Below, in pieces: positions 1-7,042 of a stretch of 24,090 bases of DNA (positions are counted from its first letter, which is position 1; each line of letters begins with the position of its first letter). A program made the translations under genes and the position numbers. This DNA is from a virus (lineage: Duplodnaviria > Caudoviricetes), in IMG/VR virus record IMGVR_UViG_3300032331_000537, positions 1 through 24,090 of that record; one strand, given 5' to 3'. The notes beneath the pieces were generated by a model that made no database searches, was not told where the DNA came from, and saw only the letters and a program-made list of their open reading frames with translations.

Positions 1-9
1 GAATGTATA

Positions 10-147
10 ATGTTACGTAATGGGGCTTATCGTCGCAGATGCCAACGTCCAGGATGCGATGAGTATGCTTACTTAAAAATTGGAGTCCCGTATAAAATTA
101 TTTTATGTAACGATTGCAGATTATCAGGATGGGCAGATGACAACTAG
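10..147 (+). CDS. Small Cys-rich putative zinc-binding protein (45 aa), not in ORF track
   Basis: Translates as MLRNGAYRRRCQRPGCDEYAYLKIGVPYKIILCNDCRLSGWADDN with Cx4C and CxxC. The ATG sits in a TAATG stop/start motif at 8-12, and the stop overlaps the start of the next gene. Confidence 0.6.
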   Translation: MLRNGAYRRRCQRPGCDEYAYLKIGVPYKIILCNDCRLSGWADDN

Positions 148-505
148 AAAATCTCATAAGGCTAGAGGAGCAACTTTTGAAACAGACATCAAAGACTGGT
201 TTAGAACAAATGGATACGACGCTGAACGACTTGCAAGAACAGGTGCAAAAGATGAGGGAGACGTTGTTGTCCGTTCGGACTTCCTTGGTAGCATTGGAGT
301 TATCGAAGCCAAAGCACCAGGTCAATCAGGTCGCATTGACCTCTCTGGCTGGAGCAAGGAGGCTCAGATTGAAGCAACGCATTATGCGGAAGCAAGGGGG
401 ATTGACCGTGAGTCGGTCATCGCTGCGATTGTTATCAAAGCTAGAGGAAAATCAATAGCAGATTCTTATTTAGTATTTAGATTGGGTGATGTATTCGGTG
501 AGTGA
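137..505 (+). CDS. Holliday junction resolvase, Hjc-like PD-(D/E)xK family
   Basis: Motifs K-x-RG-x-x-FE, D-x-GD and IEAK; located next to the primase genes. Start moved to ATG 137 (MTTRKS). Confidence 0.8.
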   Translation: MTTRKSHKARGATFETDIKDWFRTNGYDAERLARTGAKDEGDVVVRSDFLGSIGVIEAKAPGQSGRIDLSGWSKEAQIEATHYAEARGIDRESVIAAIVIKARGKSIADSYLVFRLGDVFGE

Positions 506-863
506 TATGCCATCAGTGAAGGCAGTGCTTGAACACTATGGTGCTACCATACGCCGAGATCACGGACAAACAAATCTTAAGTGTCCGTTTCACGGTGATA
601 CCCACCAGTCAGGCACGGCAAACTTAGATGAGAATATATTTATTTGTTTTGCGTGTGGCATACAAGGTAATAGTTTACAACTTATAGCAAGGCAAGAGGG
701 GGTCGATATTCGTGAAGCAAAACGAATCGCAGAAAGAATTACTGGGGCGAGCAGTCCAACGGTATCAGGAAAACATTTATCTAGCCGAAGACTACCTCAA
801 AAGCAGGGGTATAACAGTGGAGGTGGCACGTCTGGCTCGATTAGGCGTAGTCGCGGAGCCTGA
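498..863 (+). CDS. DNA primase zinc-binding domain (CHC2) subunit
   Basis: CPFHGD...S...F-x-CFACG-x-x-GN is the DnaG CHC2 zinc finger. Start uncertain (GTG 498 or ATG 507). Confidence 0.85.
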   Translation: MSDMPSVKAVLEHYGATIRRDHGQTNLKCPFHGDTHQSGTANLDENIFICFACGIQGNSLQLIARQEGVDIREAKRIAERITGASSPTVSGKHLSSRRLPQKQGYNSGGGTSGSIRRSRGA

Positions 864-1341
864 AGTTGGGCACGAAGCGTTCATTGGCAGACTTACGATC
901 CCGTACATTACTAAGACTGGGGTTGTTGATCTTCGTTTCAGAAGTCTTAATCCTGCTGTTGAGCCTAAGTATATGGGAATGACTGGTGCTGAAACAAAGA
1001 TGTATAACGTATTAGATATTGAACGAGCAGGTGATTGGATTGGAGTATGCGAAGGTGAGTTGGATACCCTTACTCTTAGTAAGTGCATCGGTATTCCTTG
1101 CATTGGTGTACCTGGTGCTAACTCGTGGAAGAAACACTACACGAGATTACTTGCAGACTTTGAAAGAATCTTTGTCTTTGCAGATGGAGATCAACCAGGA
1201 AAAGAATTTGCAACTGGACTTGCAAGAGAACTCCCAGTCACTATTGTTTCAATGGGAGAAGGTGAAGACGTTAATTCTGCGTACGTCAAACACGGAGCAG
1301 ACTACGTCAGAGATAAGATGGGAATGGGATTCGATGATTAA
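712..1341 (+). CDS. DNA primase catalytic (TOPRIM) subunit
   Basis: YL-x-x-RGI, RLTIPY, PKY, VCEGELD and FADGDQPG (DxD) motifs; SD-like GAGGGGG at 696-702. Confidence 0.9.
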   Translation: MKQNESQKELLGRAVQRYQENIYLAEDYLKSRGITVEVARLARLGVVAEPEVGHEAFIGRLTIPYITKTGVVDLRFRSLNPAVEPKYMGMTGAETKMYNVLDIERAGDWIGVCEGELDTLTLSKCIGIPCIGVPGANSWKKHYTRLLADFERIFVFADGDQPGKEFATGLARELPVTIVSMGEGEDVNSAYVKHGADYVRDKMGMGFDD

Positions 1342-1669
1342 CCGAGAAGAATGTCCAGAGTGTGGTGAAAAGTTTGAGAATATATTTCAAGCAACTGATC
1401 ACTTACTTGAAGATGATGAAGAGTTTGACCCTGCACTCATCTTGCCTAATGGGTATAGATTAATGATAGGTTCACTACTTAAGTGTATGTATCGCTACGC
1501 TGATAGTCCTAAAGATGTCCAGCGTGTAGCGCAAGAGACTTATTTAACTTTGTTCCTTGCTGAGACTGACCCACGAACTATTGTGGATACAATTGAAGAT
1601 ATGATAGTCAGTTCCAGTGTTGTGGATTTGGATAATGAACTTAAACAACTACTCGAAGATGGAGAATGA
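1334..1669 (+). CDS. Acidic hypothetical protein with N-terminal CxxC...H zinc-finger-like motif (111 aa)
   Basis: ATG 1334 lies just before the primase stop; begins MINREECPECGEKFENIFQATDHLL. The longer upstream part of the track ORF lies inside the primase gene. Confidence 0.7.
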   Translation: MINREECPECGEKFENIFQATDHLLEDDEEFDPALILPNGYRLMIGSLLKCMYRYADSPKDVQRVAQETYLTLFLAETDPRTIVDTIEDMIVSSSVVDLDNELKQLLEDGE

Positions 1670-1793
1670 AGAAGTATGGCAGATTATATGGCATCTAAAA
1701 AATCAAGGGTTCAAGATAAAGAACTTGGACTTGACATCAGGCACCCTGAGTATAACATTGACAGTTCCCATATTCGCTTCCGAGAAGCAGTAG
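1659..1793 (+). CDS. Possible small overlapping protein (44 aa), not in ORF track
   Basis: MENEEVWQIIWHLKNQGFKIKNLDLTSGTLSITLTVPIFASEKQ. The ATG overlaps the end of the upstream gene; the pattern suggests a helix followed by beta strands. Confidence 0.45.
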   Translation: MENEEVWQIIWHLKNQGFKIKNLDLTSGTLSITLTVPIFASEKQ

Positions 1794-2047
1794 ACAGAAC
1801 CTTCTTTGAGTTGGAGCAATTGCTTCTTAGTAAGCACGATGACTACGGCCCAAAGAATATTAGCGATAGTCCAGGTGGTCCTTTGAATGGATTGCGTGTG
1901 CGAATGCACGATAAGTTGGCTCGTCTTAACAACTTGGTTGAGAGCGGTGTTGACCCTAAGCACGAAAGTTTAGAGGATACGTTCAAAGATATGGGTAACT
2001 ATGCAATCATTGGATTGCTAGTACTAAGAGATGAGTGGGACAAATGA
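1676..2047 (+). CDS. DUF1599 / nucleotide-modification-associated domain protein (all-alpha, MazG-like)
   Basis: K-x-x-DYG-x-x-N, R-x-x-DK-x-x-RL-x-NL and ES-x-x-DT-x-x-D-x-x-NYA motifs. Start uncertain. Confidence 0.75.
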   Translation: MADYMASKKSRVQDKELGLDIRHPEYNIDSSHIRFREAVDRTFFELEQLLLSKHDDYGPKNISDSPGGPLNGLRVRMHDKLARLNNLVESGVDPKHESLEDTFKDMGNYAIIGLLVLRDEWDK

Positions 2048-2124
2048 TACAGGCTATACTGCTATCGTTTCAACTAGAACTAATGTCTATACTTGCACTA
2101 ATCAGTGCAATGCTTGGCATCTAA
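2044..2124 (+). CDS. Small hydrophobic peptide (26 aa), not in ORF track
   Basis: MIQAILLSFQLELMSILALISAMLGI; ATGA overlap with the upstream stop; fills the gap before the next RBS. Confidence 0.5.
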   Translation: MIQAILLSFQLELMSILALISAMLGI

Positions 2125-2143
2125 GGACAACGGAGATAACACA

Positions 2144-2884
2144 ATGAAAACAATCGTCTGTATATCTGATCTTCAAGTACCATACCACGATGTAGAAGCG
2201 GTCAATGCAATTGCTAAGTTTATTAAAGCATACCAGCCTGACACAGTTGTATCCTGCGGTGATGAGATGGATATGCAGACCATTAGCAAATGGAGTAAGG
2301 GCACGGAGTTAGAGTTTGAGCGGTCAATAGGACGTGACCGTGATACAACAAGACAAGTACTTTATGACTTGACTATTGAGCATATGGTTCGCAGTAACCA
2401 TACTGATAGATTATTTAATACTGTTGCTATGCGTGCACCTGGGCTACTAGGTCTACCTGAACTGCAACTAGAAAACTTCCTTGGACTTGATGAACTTGAA
2501 ATTAAATACCACAAAGATCCATATGAACTAGCACCTGGTTGGTTACTTATGCACGGTGATGAAGGCAACGTACAGCCTACCGCAGGGGCTACAGCACTAG
2601 GTTTAGCCAAGCGTTCAGGTATGTCAGTAGTATGTGGACATACCCATAGAATGGGATTAACACACCATACACAGGCTTATCGTGGGGGTACACCTAAGAC
2701 TGTATGGGGTATGGAACTTGGCAACCTAATGGATTACAAGAACGCAAAGTATATTAAAGCTGGATTGTTTACGTGGCAACAAGGCTTTGGTATCTTGCAC
2801 GTTGATGGTAAGAATGTTATGCCACAGTTAGTACCGATTGTTAACAGATCATTTACTGTTGATGGTAAGACTTGGAAGTGGTAG
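2144..2884 (+). CDS. Calcineurin-like metallophosphoesterase
   Basis: SDLQ, GDEMD, SNH, HGD and GHTH metal-binding motifs; GGAG RBS at 2132-2135 supports ATG 2144. Confidence 0.9.
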   Translation: MKTIVCISDLQVPYHDVEAVNAIAKFIKAYQPDTVVSCGDEMDMQTISKWSKGTELEFERSIGRDRDTTRQVLYDLTIEHMVRSNHTDRLFNTVAMRAPGLLGLPELQLENFLGLDELEIKYHKDPYELAPGWLLMHGDEGNVQPTAGATALGLAKRSGMSVVCGHTHRMGLTHHTQAYRGGTPKTVWGMELGNLMDYKNAKYIKAGLFTWQQGFGILHVDGKNVMPQLVPIVNRSFTVDGKTWKW

Positions 2885-2885
2885 C

Positions 2886-3557
2886 GTGGAGTGGTCGCGC
2901 ATTGAACCTTGGGATTTTATTGTAGTTCACGTAGCATCTGAGTACCATAAGAAGTATCAGATGGTAGAACTTGAAGATATAAAGCAGGCATTGTATGAAT
3001 GGTTTCCTATGCACGCCAACAACCTTACCGATTGGGAAGAACTTGATAAGAAAGATACAAAGAATTTAATCTATCGTTCCTTGCGGAACAGAGCAATAGA
3101 CTACTGCCAATACTGGAAGGCTAAGAGTATTGGATATGATGTGAGTGATTTATATTATTACGAACCCGATTTAGTAGAAGCATTACTGCCACCTGTGTTA
3201 CGTGGCGAATGGGGTGTAACTCATAAGTTGAATCTCGGTAGAACAGGGAGACCGAGTGCTCCTTCAGAAGGTGGAAACTTACAGGCTATGATGGTTGAAG
3301 TAGACAATGCATATCGGAAGATGAATGACCAAGATAAACGGTTACTCTTCCTCCGATATGCAGAGTCTATGGAGTTCGCAGACATCGCTAAAGAACTAGA
3401 TGGTACTAGCGATGCCGTGCGTATGCGTGCCACTAGAGCGGTACGTAAACTTATTAATAAGATCGGTGGATTCCGACCTTATCAAGATGTTGATCGACCT
3501 GATAGAGAAGCACGGGATGAGCAAGATGAAGAGCAAGACGAATCAATTGAATCGTAG
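2886..3557 (+). CDS. Phage RNA polymerase sigma factor (sigma70/ECF-like)
   Basis: Region 2-like segment (EDIKQ...W...LRNRAIDY) and region 4 HTH (LLFLRY...FADIAKELDGTSDAVRMRATRAVRKL); GTG start follows the upstream stop. Confidence 0.8.
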   Translation: MEWSRIEPWDFIVVHVASEYHKKYQMVELEDIKQALYEWFPMHANNLTDWEELDKKDTKNLIYRSLRNRAIDYCQYWKAKSIGYDVSDLYYYEPDLVEALLPPVLRGEWGVTHKLNLGRTGRPSAPSEGGNLQAMMVEVDNAYRKMNDQDKRLLFLRYAESMEFADIAKELDGTSDAVRMRATRAVRKLINKIGGFRPYQDVDRPDREARDEQDEEQDESIES

Positions 3558-4118
3558 TGGTTCATCTTCTTCAACAGCAAGTATCTCTTCATCAGTAAGC
3601 AGTAGGCTCTCATCAAATAGCCCTGCTTCTGCTGGGTCTACATACATATCCTCAGCAAAGGCAGTCATTGATTCGTTAATGAATTGATCCTCACTATTAT
3701 AGTCAGGATACCAAGGAAGAATAGGTTTACCCTTATCAATAAGGATTAAGCCTATCTCTTTGGTAACCTTTTGTTTATTGTCGAAGTCAGTAGTGGCAGG
3801 CAGGTCGTCCTTATTGAACCAATCAATCTTGATTAGGTCAAGGTTAAACTCCCATATACCATTAGGTGTTGAGCATATATACAATGGTGTCATACCAAGT
3901 TTATCTGCCTCACCTTTAAGCCTATCATACTTTAACTTCTCAATCATAAGGTCAGGGTAGTGAGCCCTGCGACATTTGAGTTCAACATATATGCCGTGCT
4001 CAACAGAGAACGCATCACTTGCTGAGTACTCATCATTAGTTACGTGAACTAAATCGTTGTATAGATTATCTCTGAGAAGATTAAATAGTTTCGTCTCGTC
4101 TAGATTTTGTAGTGACAT
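3543..4118 (-). CDS. PD-(D/E)xK nuclease-like protein with acidic tail
   Basis: SD...YVELKCR...MIEKLKYD motifs; AGGAGGA RBS at 4121-4127 and TAATG coupling support ATG 4118. Confidence 0.65.
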   Translation of the reverse strand: MSLQNLDETKLFNLLRDNLYNDLVHVTNDEYSASDAFSVEHGIYVELKCRRAHYPDLMIEKLKYDRLKGEADKLGMTPLYICSTPNGIWEFNLDLIKIDWFNKDDLPATTDFDNKQKVTKEIGLILIDKGKPILPWYPDYNSEDQFINESMTAFAEDMYVDPAEAGLFDESLLLTDEEILAVEEDEPLRFN

Positions 4119-4291
4119 TATCCTCCTGTCGAATAGAACCCAGTCCCCTTGAACTGGATTGCTGGTGGTGTGAAGATGCGTGAAAAAGTATAGCCACAAT
4201 CACAGTCAATGGTTGCATCTCTGTCATTAACATTACGTGATAGTACTAAGTGTGCGTTGCATTTGTCGCAACGGTATTCATATGTTGGCAT
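4118..4291 (-). CDS. FmdB-family zinc ribbon protein (57 aa), not in ORF track
   Basis: MPTYEYRCDKC...CDCG...RIFTPPAIQFKGTGFYSTGG matches the FmdB signature MPxYEYxC...FKGxGFY; TAATG-coupled at both ends. Confidence 0.9.
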   Translation of the reverse strand: MPTYEYRCDKCNAHLVLSRNVNDRDATIDCDCGYTFSRIFTPPAIQFKGTGFYSTGG

Positions 4292-4461
4292 TAGAAGGGT
4301 CTCCCATTCTCGTCAACTTCATCTCTGTTACGTGCTATTACTGAATCCCAAGGATCAGTTGTATCTTGTTGTCCTATAGCGTGCTCAATAGATTGTTGCC
4401 AGCCATAGTATTCTTGCTGAGTCTCACGTTTCTTGACAATTTCGTGTAAGAAATCAGGCAT
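4291..4461 (-). CDS. Hypothetical protein (56 aa), not in ORF track
   Basis: MPDFLHEIVKKRETQQEYYGWQQSIEHAIGQQDTTDPWDSVIARNRDEVDENGRPF; fills the gap and overlaps both neighbours. Confidence 0.65.
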   Translation of the reverse strand: MPDFLHEIVKKRETQQEYYGWQQSIEHAIGQQDTTDPWDSVIARNRDEVDENGRPF

Positions 4462-4678
4462 CTTCTATCTCCCCATCTATAGGTGTTGGTGCTGTTGCTA
4501 GTGTACCACAAGAAGCGCACTCCATATCTAAGAAGTACATACCTATGTCACCGTCCTCGTCGAACTTGACCTTGAGATTCCAAGTATCTGAAGCACACGG
4601 ACACACGCGAGTTGGATTACCGCGTATGTCCATAGATTCAGAATAGTCAGGCACAAGATCGTTTATATCTTTACTCAT
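4454..4678 (-). CDS. Zinc-ribbon-like hypothetical phage protein (74 aa)
   Basis: DIRG-x-PT-x-VCPC ... MECASCGT-x-ATAPTP-x-D; TAATG coupling at 4678. Confidence 0.75.
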   Translation of the reverse strand: MSKDINDLVPDYSESMDIRGNPTRVCPCASDTWNLKVKFDEDGDIGMYFLDMECASCGTLATAPTPIDGEIEDA

Positions 4679-5076
4679 TAGTGCCACCCATTCTTCTTAA
4701 AGAAAGTCCAAGCCTCGCAAGGAGTTCCATATCTGTAGTAAATATAATCCAAGCCACGTTCAATTTGACGTGGTGCTGGAGTGTCAGGGTCAAGCCCTAA
4801 CAGTTGTGGTATACCACCAGCGTTCTTCCCCATAACCCTAATGCTATTGTACGCATCAGGATTCCACGCTGATTCTTTCCCCCACAATCTGTTAAGGCAA
4901 GACCACTGTTTTTGTTGCCATTCTTTTAACTTATCTTGTGCGTATGCTTTACTGTCTGTGACATTCCAAGACTGTTGAATCTCTACCGTTCCCATCGGTG
5001 GTGTAGGTTCATCTACTCGTTGTCCAAACGTAAGCAGTACTCCCATTATAAGTAGAAAGAAAACTGTTACCTTCAT
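4678..5076 (-). CDS. Secreted or membrane-anchored lytic transglycosylase (SLT, lysozyme-like fold)
   Basis: Hydrophobic N-terminus; CL-x-x-LW-x-KES-x-WNP-x-A (catalytic Glu), GIPQ and GL-x-YI-x-x-RYG-x-PC-x-AW...GWH, typical of actinobacterial SLT proteins. Confidence 0.85.
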   Translation of the reverse strand: MKVTVFFLLIMGVLLTFGQRVDEPTPPMGTVEIQQSWNVTDSKAYAQDKLKEWQQKQWSCLNRLWGKESAWNPDAYNSIRVMGKNAGGIPQLLGLDPDTPAPRQIERGLDYIYYRYGTPCEAWTFFKKNGWH

Positions 5077-5390
5077 TGTGATCCCCTCACTCTGCTAGCA
5101 AAGTGTACTTTTCTTATTCGATCAGTACCCTTGACTGTATTTCTTTTAATAAGAAGTCGCTCACCTGATAGTGTGCCACCCCATATACCCCAGTCAACGT
5201 TCTCGCTTTTCATACCTTCTTCTAAGCATTCCTTAATGATAGGACACTTATCACAAATTGCTAGTGCTTGTCGTGCTCGTTCAAGCATAGCAATTTGCTG
5301 TGCTTTAGGAACACTACCACTACCTACAGTTTCCAATGTGTCTGAGAACCATAGGTCAGGGTCACTATGACCCGTACATAATCCATTCAT
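5073..5390 (-). CDS. whiB: WhiB-family Fe-S transcriptional regulator
   Basis: Four cysteines (C5, C46, C49, C55), DPDLWF, GIWGG turn followed by ER, and a basic C-terminus. Confidence 0.92.
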   Translation of the reverse strand: MNGLCTGHSDPDLWFSDTLETVGSGSVPKAQQIAMLERARQALAICDKCPIIKECLEEGMKSENVDWGIWGGTLSGERLLIKRNTVKGTDRIRKVHFASRVRGSQ

Positions 5391-5503
5391 AACATTATAC
5401 CTAGTACATAAAGTATGAGCAAGAAGAATACTATGCCTAACGGAGTAACGCCACCTAACAAGGCGACTGTACTAAAGACAAATATAAATCTGGCTAACTC
5501 CAA
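5387..5503 (-). CDS. Small membrane protein (38 aa), not in ORF track
   Basis: TTG start with GAGG RBS; (M)ELARFIFVFSTVALLGGVTPLGIVFFLLILYVLGIML; stop overlaps the whiB start (ATGA). Confidence 0.65.
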   Translation of the reverse strand: MELARFIFVFSTVALLGGVTPLGIVFFLLILYVLGIML

Positions 5504-5530
5504 TACTATCCTCTCTACTAAGCGGACATT

Positions 5531-5683
5531 TTATTCGTCGAAGAAATCGTCCCACATTTCATCGGGTTCTGATGAATCGAACTCGTCACAGTCTCTACTG
5601 TTATCGTGTTCGATTCCGCAGTCGTCGCACTCAACATAAATATCAAGTGCGATTGGGTCGTCAATTGGTGGCTGGTATGCCAT
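5531..5683 (-). CDS. Small highly acidic protein (50 aa) with CxxC-x3-H-x5-C, not in ORF track
   Basis: GAAAGG RBS; MAYQPPIDDPIALDIYVECDDCGIEHDNSRDCDEFDSSEPDEMWDDFFDE. Confidence 0.7.
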   Translation of the reverse strand: MAYQPPIDDPIALDIYVECDDCGIEHDNSRDCDEFDSSEPDEMWDDFFDE

Positions 5684-5876
5684 TAACAATCCTTTCAGTT
5701 ATGCGTGGTGAAATTTCATTCGCTGTTATGCGAGTGCGATTTATGAGTTCGGTCAAATCTCCGTGCTCATTATTAAAGTGGGAGAGTTGGTCAGCACACT
5801 CTAATAGTGTACCAACCAACCCTTCTAAATCCCACCAACCAAGAAAAGTTCCCTGCTCTTGGTGTATTGGGTTCAT
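5661..5876 (-). CDS. Hypothetical protein (71 aa)
   Basis: TAATG coupling at 5876; fits the minus-strand operon. Confidence 0.6.
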   Translation of the reverse strand: MNPIHQEQGTFLGWWDLEGLVGTLLECADQLSHFNNEHGDLTELINRTRITANEISPRITERIVNGIPATN

Positions 5877-6142
5877 TACGCGGTGAACACCACATCTACG
5901 AACCCATCAAGGCGTGAGTGCTTAGTAACTAAGCCCTTGCTACCTGTGATGTGCTTGTATGTGCCGTCTCCGAGTGAGACCCACATTGACTTAGGCTTGA
6001 AGCGGTTCTGAACCTCTTTAGCCTTAACGATAGTACCACGCTTGAGAAACTCTGATGAGTCCTCGTATGCGTTGTAAGCGATTTCATCTGCGATTACTCG
6101 CAGTTCCTCGGCTAAACCGAGAATTGTTTCGGTGCTTGACAT
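5876..6142 (-). CDS. Hypothetical protein (88 aa)
   Basis: GAGAGG RBS upstream; coupled to the downstream gene. Confidence 0.75.
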   Translation of the reverse strand: MSSTETILGLAEELRVIADEIAYNAYEDSSEFLKRGTIVKAKEVQNRFKPKSMWVSLGDGTYKHITGSKGLVTKHSRLDGFVDVVFTA

Positions 6143-6167
6143 ACTTACCTCTCTAGTTGTCGAACAA

Positions 6168-6191
6168 TCTGTAAGCGTTGTTGCCTACAGA
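6168..6191 (-). terminator. Intergenic hairpin (possible terminator or processing site)
   Basis: Minus-strand UCUGUAGGC-AACAAC-GCUUACAGA forms a 9-bp stem with one G-U pair, just after the GATase stop and followed by UUGUU. Confidence 0.45.
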
Positions 6192-6194
6192 AAC

Positions 6195-7031
6195 TTAGTA
6201 TAGCATATCCTCAAAGGATTGCTTGGATTTCCAAACCCTATCAGGTGTGTAACATAGACAATCTACTATTGTCTGCTCACAATCGTAACAGGTTTCACAC
6301 ATTGTACAATAGTACGGGTTCTCCACAAAATCTACAATGGCTTCACAGAATATACACACTTCCATATCGGGAATGTCACCTTCTTCTAAAGCCCTATAGT
6401 ATTTAAGTAGTTCTTCATTGTAATCTTTATCTTCTTCTTTGGTCCACAAGGGAGTAGCCACCACAGTAGTACGCTTGTGCGAACTATTCGACCACCATAT
6501 ACCTTTGTCGTCCCAAGTACCTAACTTCTCGTTGAGAAGATACATAGGATACTGTGCCGTAGGGTCGGTAGTTAGCACAGCAATCTTGCTACCACCTGCC
6601 CACTTCTGTAAGATATGGAACACATTATCATTATCTAGGGCAGTAACACCACCCATAGCAGGTAGAGTATCCTCTGCGAATACTCTAGTGTCCGACCTTC
6701 TATCGTTGTCGGCTATGTTAATATCTAATACACCATTGTGTGCTAGATAAGTCTGCTCGTCACCACCTACAATAAATGGGTGACAATTCTGCTCGTTCTT
6801 TACTCCGTGTGTAGCATACCTAGCGTGCCACATAGCATACCCATTGGGGTATTGCTTACGCAACTCTAAGAACCGCTTGATTATTTTCTTTGCTGACATA
6901 CCACGCTCTGAGATAATTGTATCTCCTGCGTGGATAGCAAAGCCATAGCCGTGCGGATTACTACAAGCACCAGCGTGTAAATCCTCTTTACTCGGTGTAG
7001 AGTTAGGTTCACACACTACTAATAGACACAT
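6195..7031 (-). CDS. Class II (Ntn) glutamine amidotransferase with Cys-rich C-terminal tail
   Basis: N-terminal nucleophile MC; NPHGYG, HARYATHG, NCHPF, HNG and SDT motifs. Confidence 0.92.
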   Translation of the reverse strand: MCLLVVCEPNSTPSKEDLHAGACSNPHGYGFAIHAGDTIISERGMSAKKIIKRFLELRKQYPNGYAMWHARYATHGVKNEQNCHPFIVGGDEQTYLAHNGVLDINIADNDRRSDTRVFAEDTLPAMGGVTALDNDNVFHILQKWAGGSKIAVLTTDPTAQYPMYLLNEKLGTWDDKGIWWSNSSHKRTTVVATPLWTKEEDKDYNEELLKYYRALEEGDIPDMEVCIFCEAIVDFVENPYYCTMCETCYDCEQTIVDCLCYTPDRVWKSKQSFEDMLY

Positions 7032-7042
7032 ACTATCACCCC

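Noticed and set aside
1019-1333. N-terminal extension of the 216-aa track ORF
   Set aside because: It lies inside the primase gene; ATG 1334, next to the primase stop, is a better start.
4118-4130. C-terminal Gly-Gly of the FmdB protein as a ubiquitin-like tag
   Set aside because: The GGAGGA codons double as the SD of the next gene, and the protein is a zinc ribbon rather than a beta-grasp fold.
5415-5886. Plus-strand ORFs 5415..5639 and 5572..5886
   Set aside because: They are antisense to better-supported small minus-strand genes that have RBSs and coupling.
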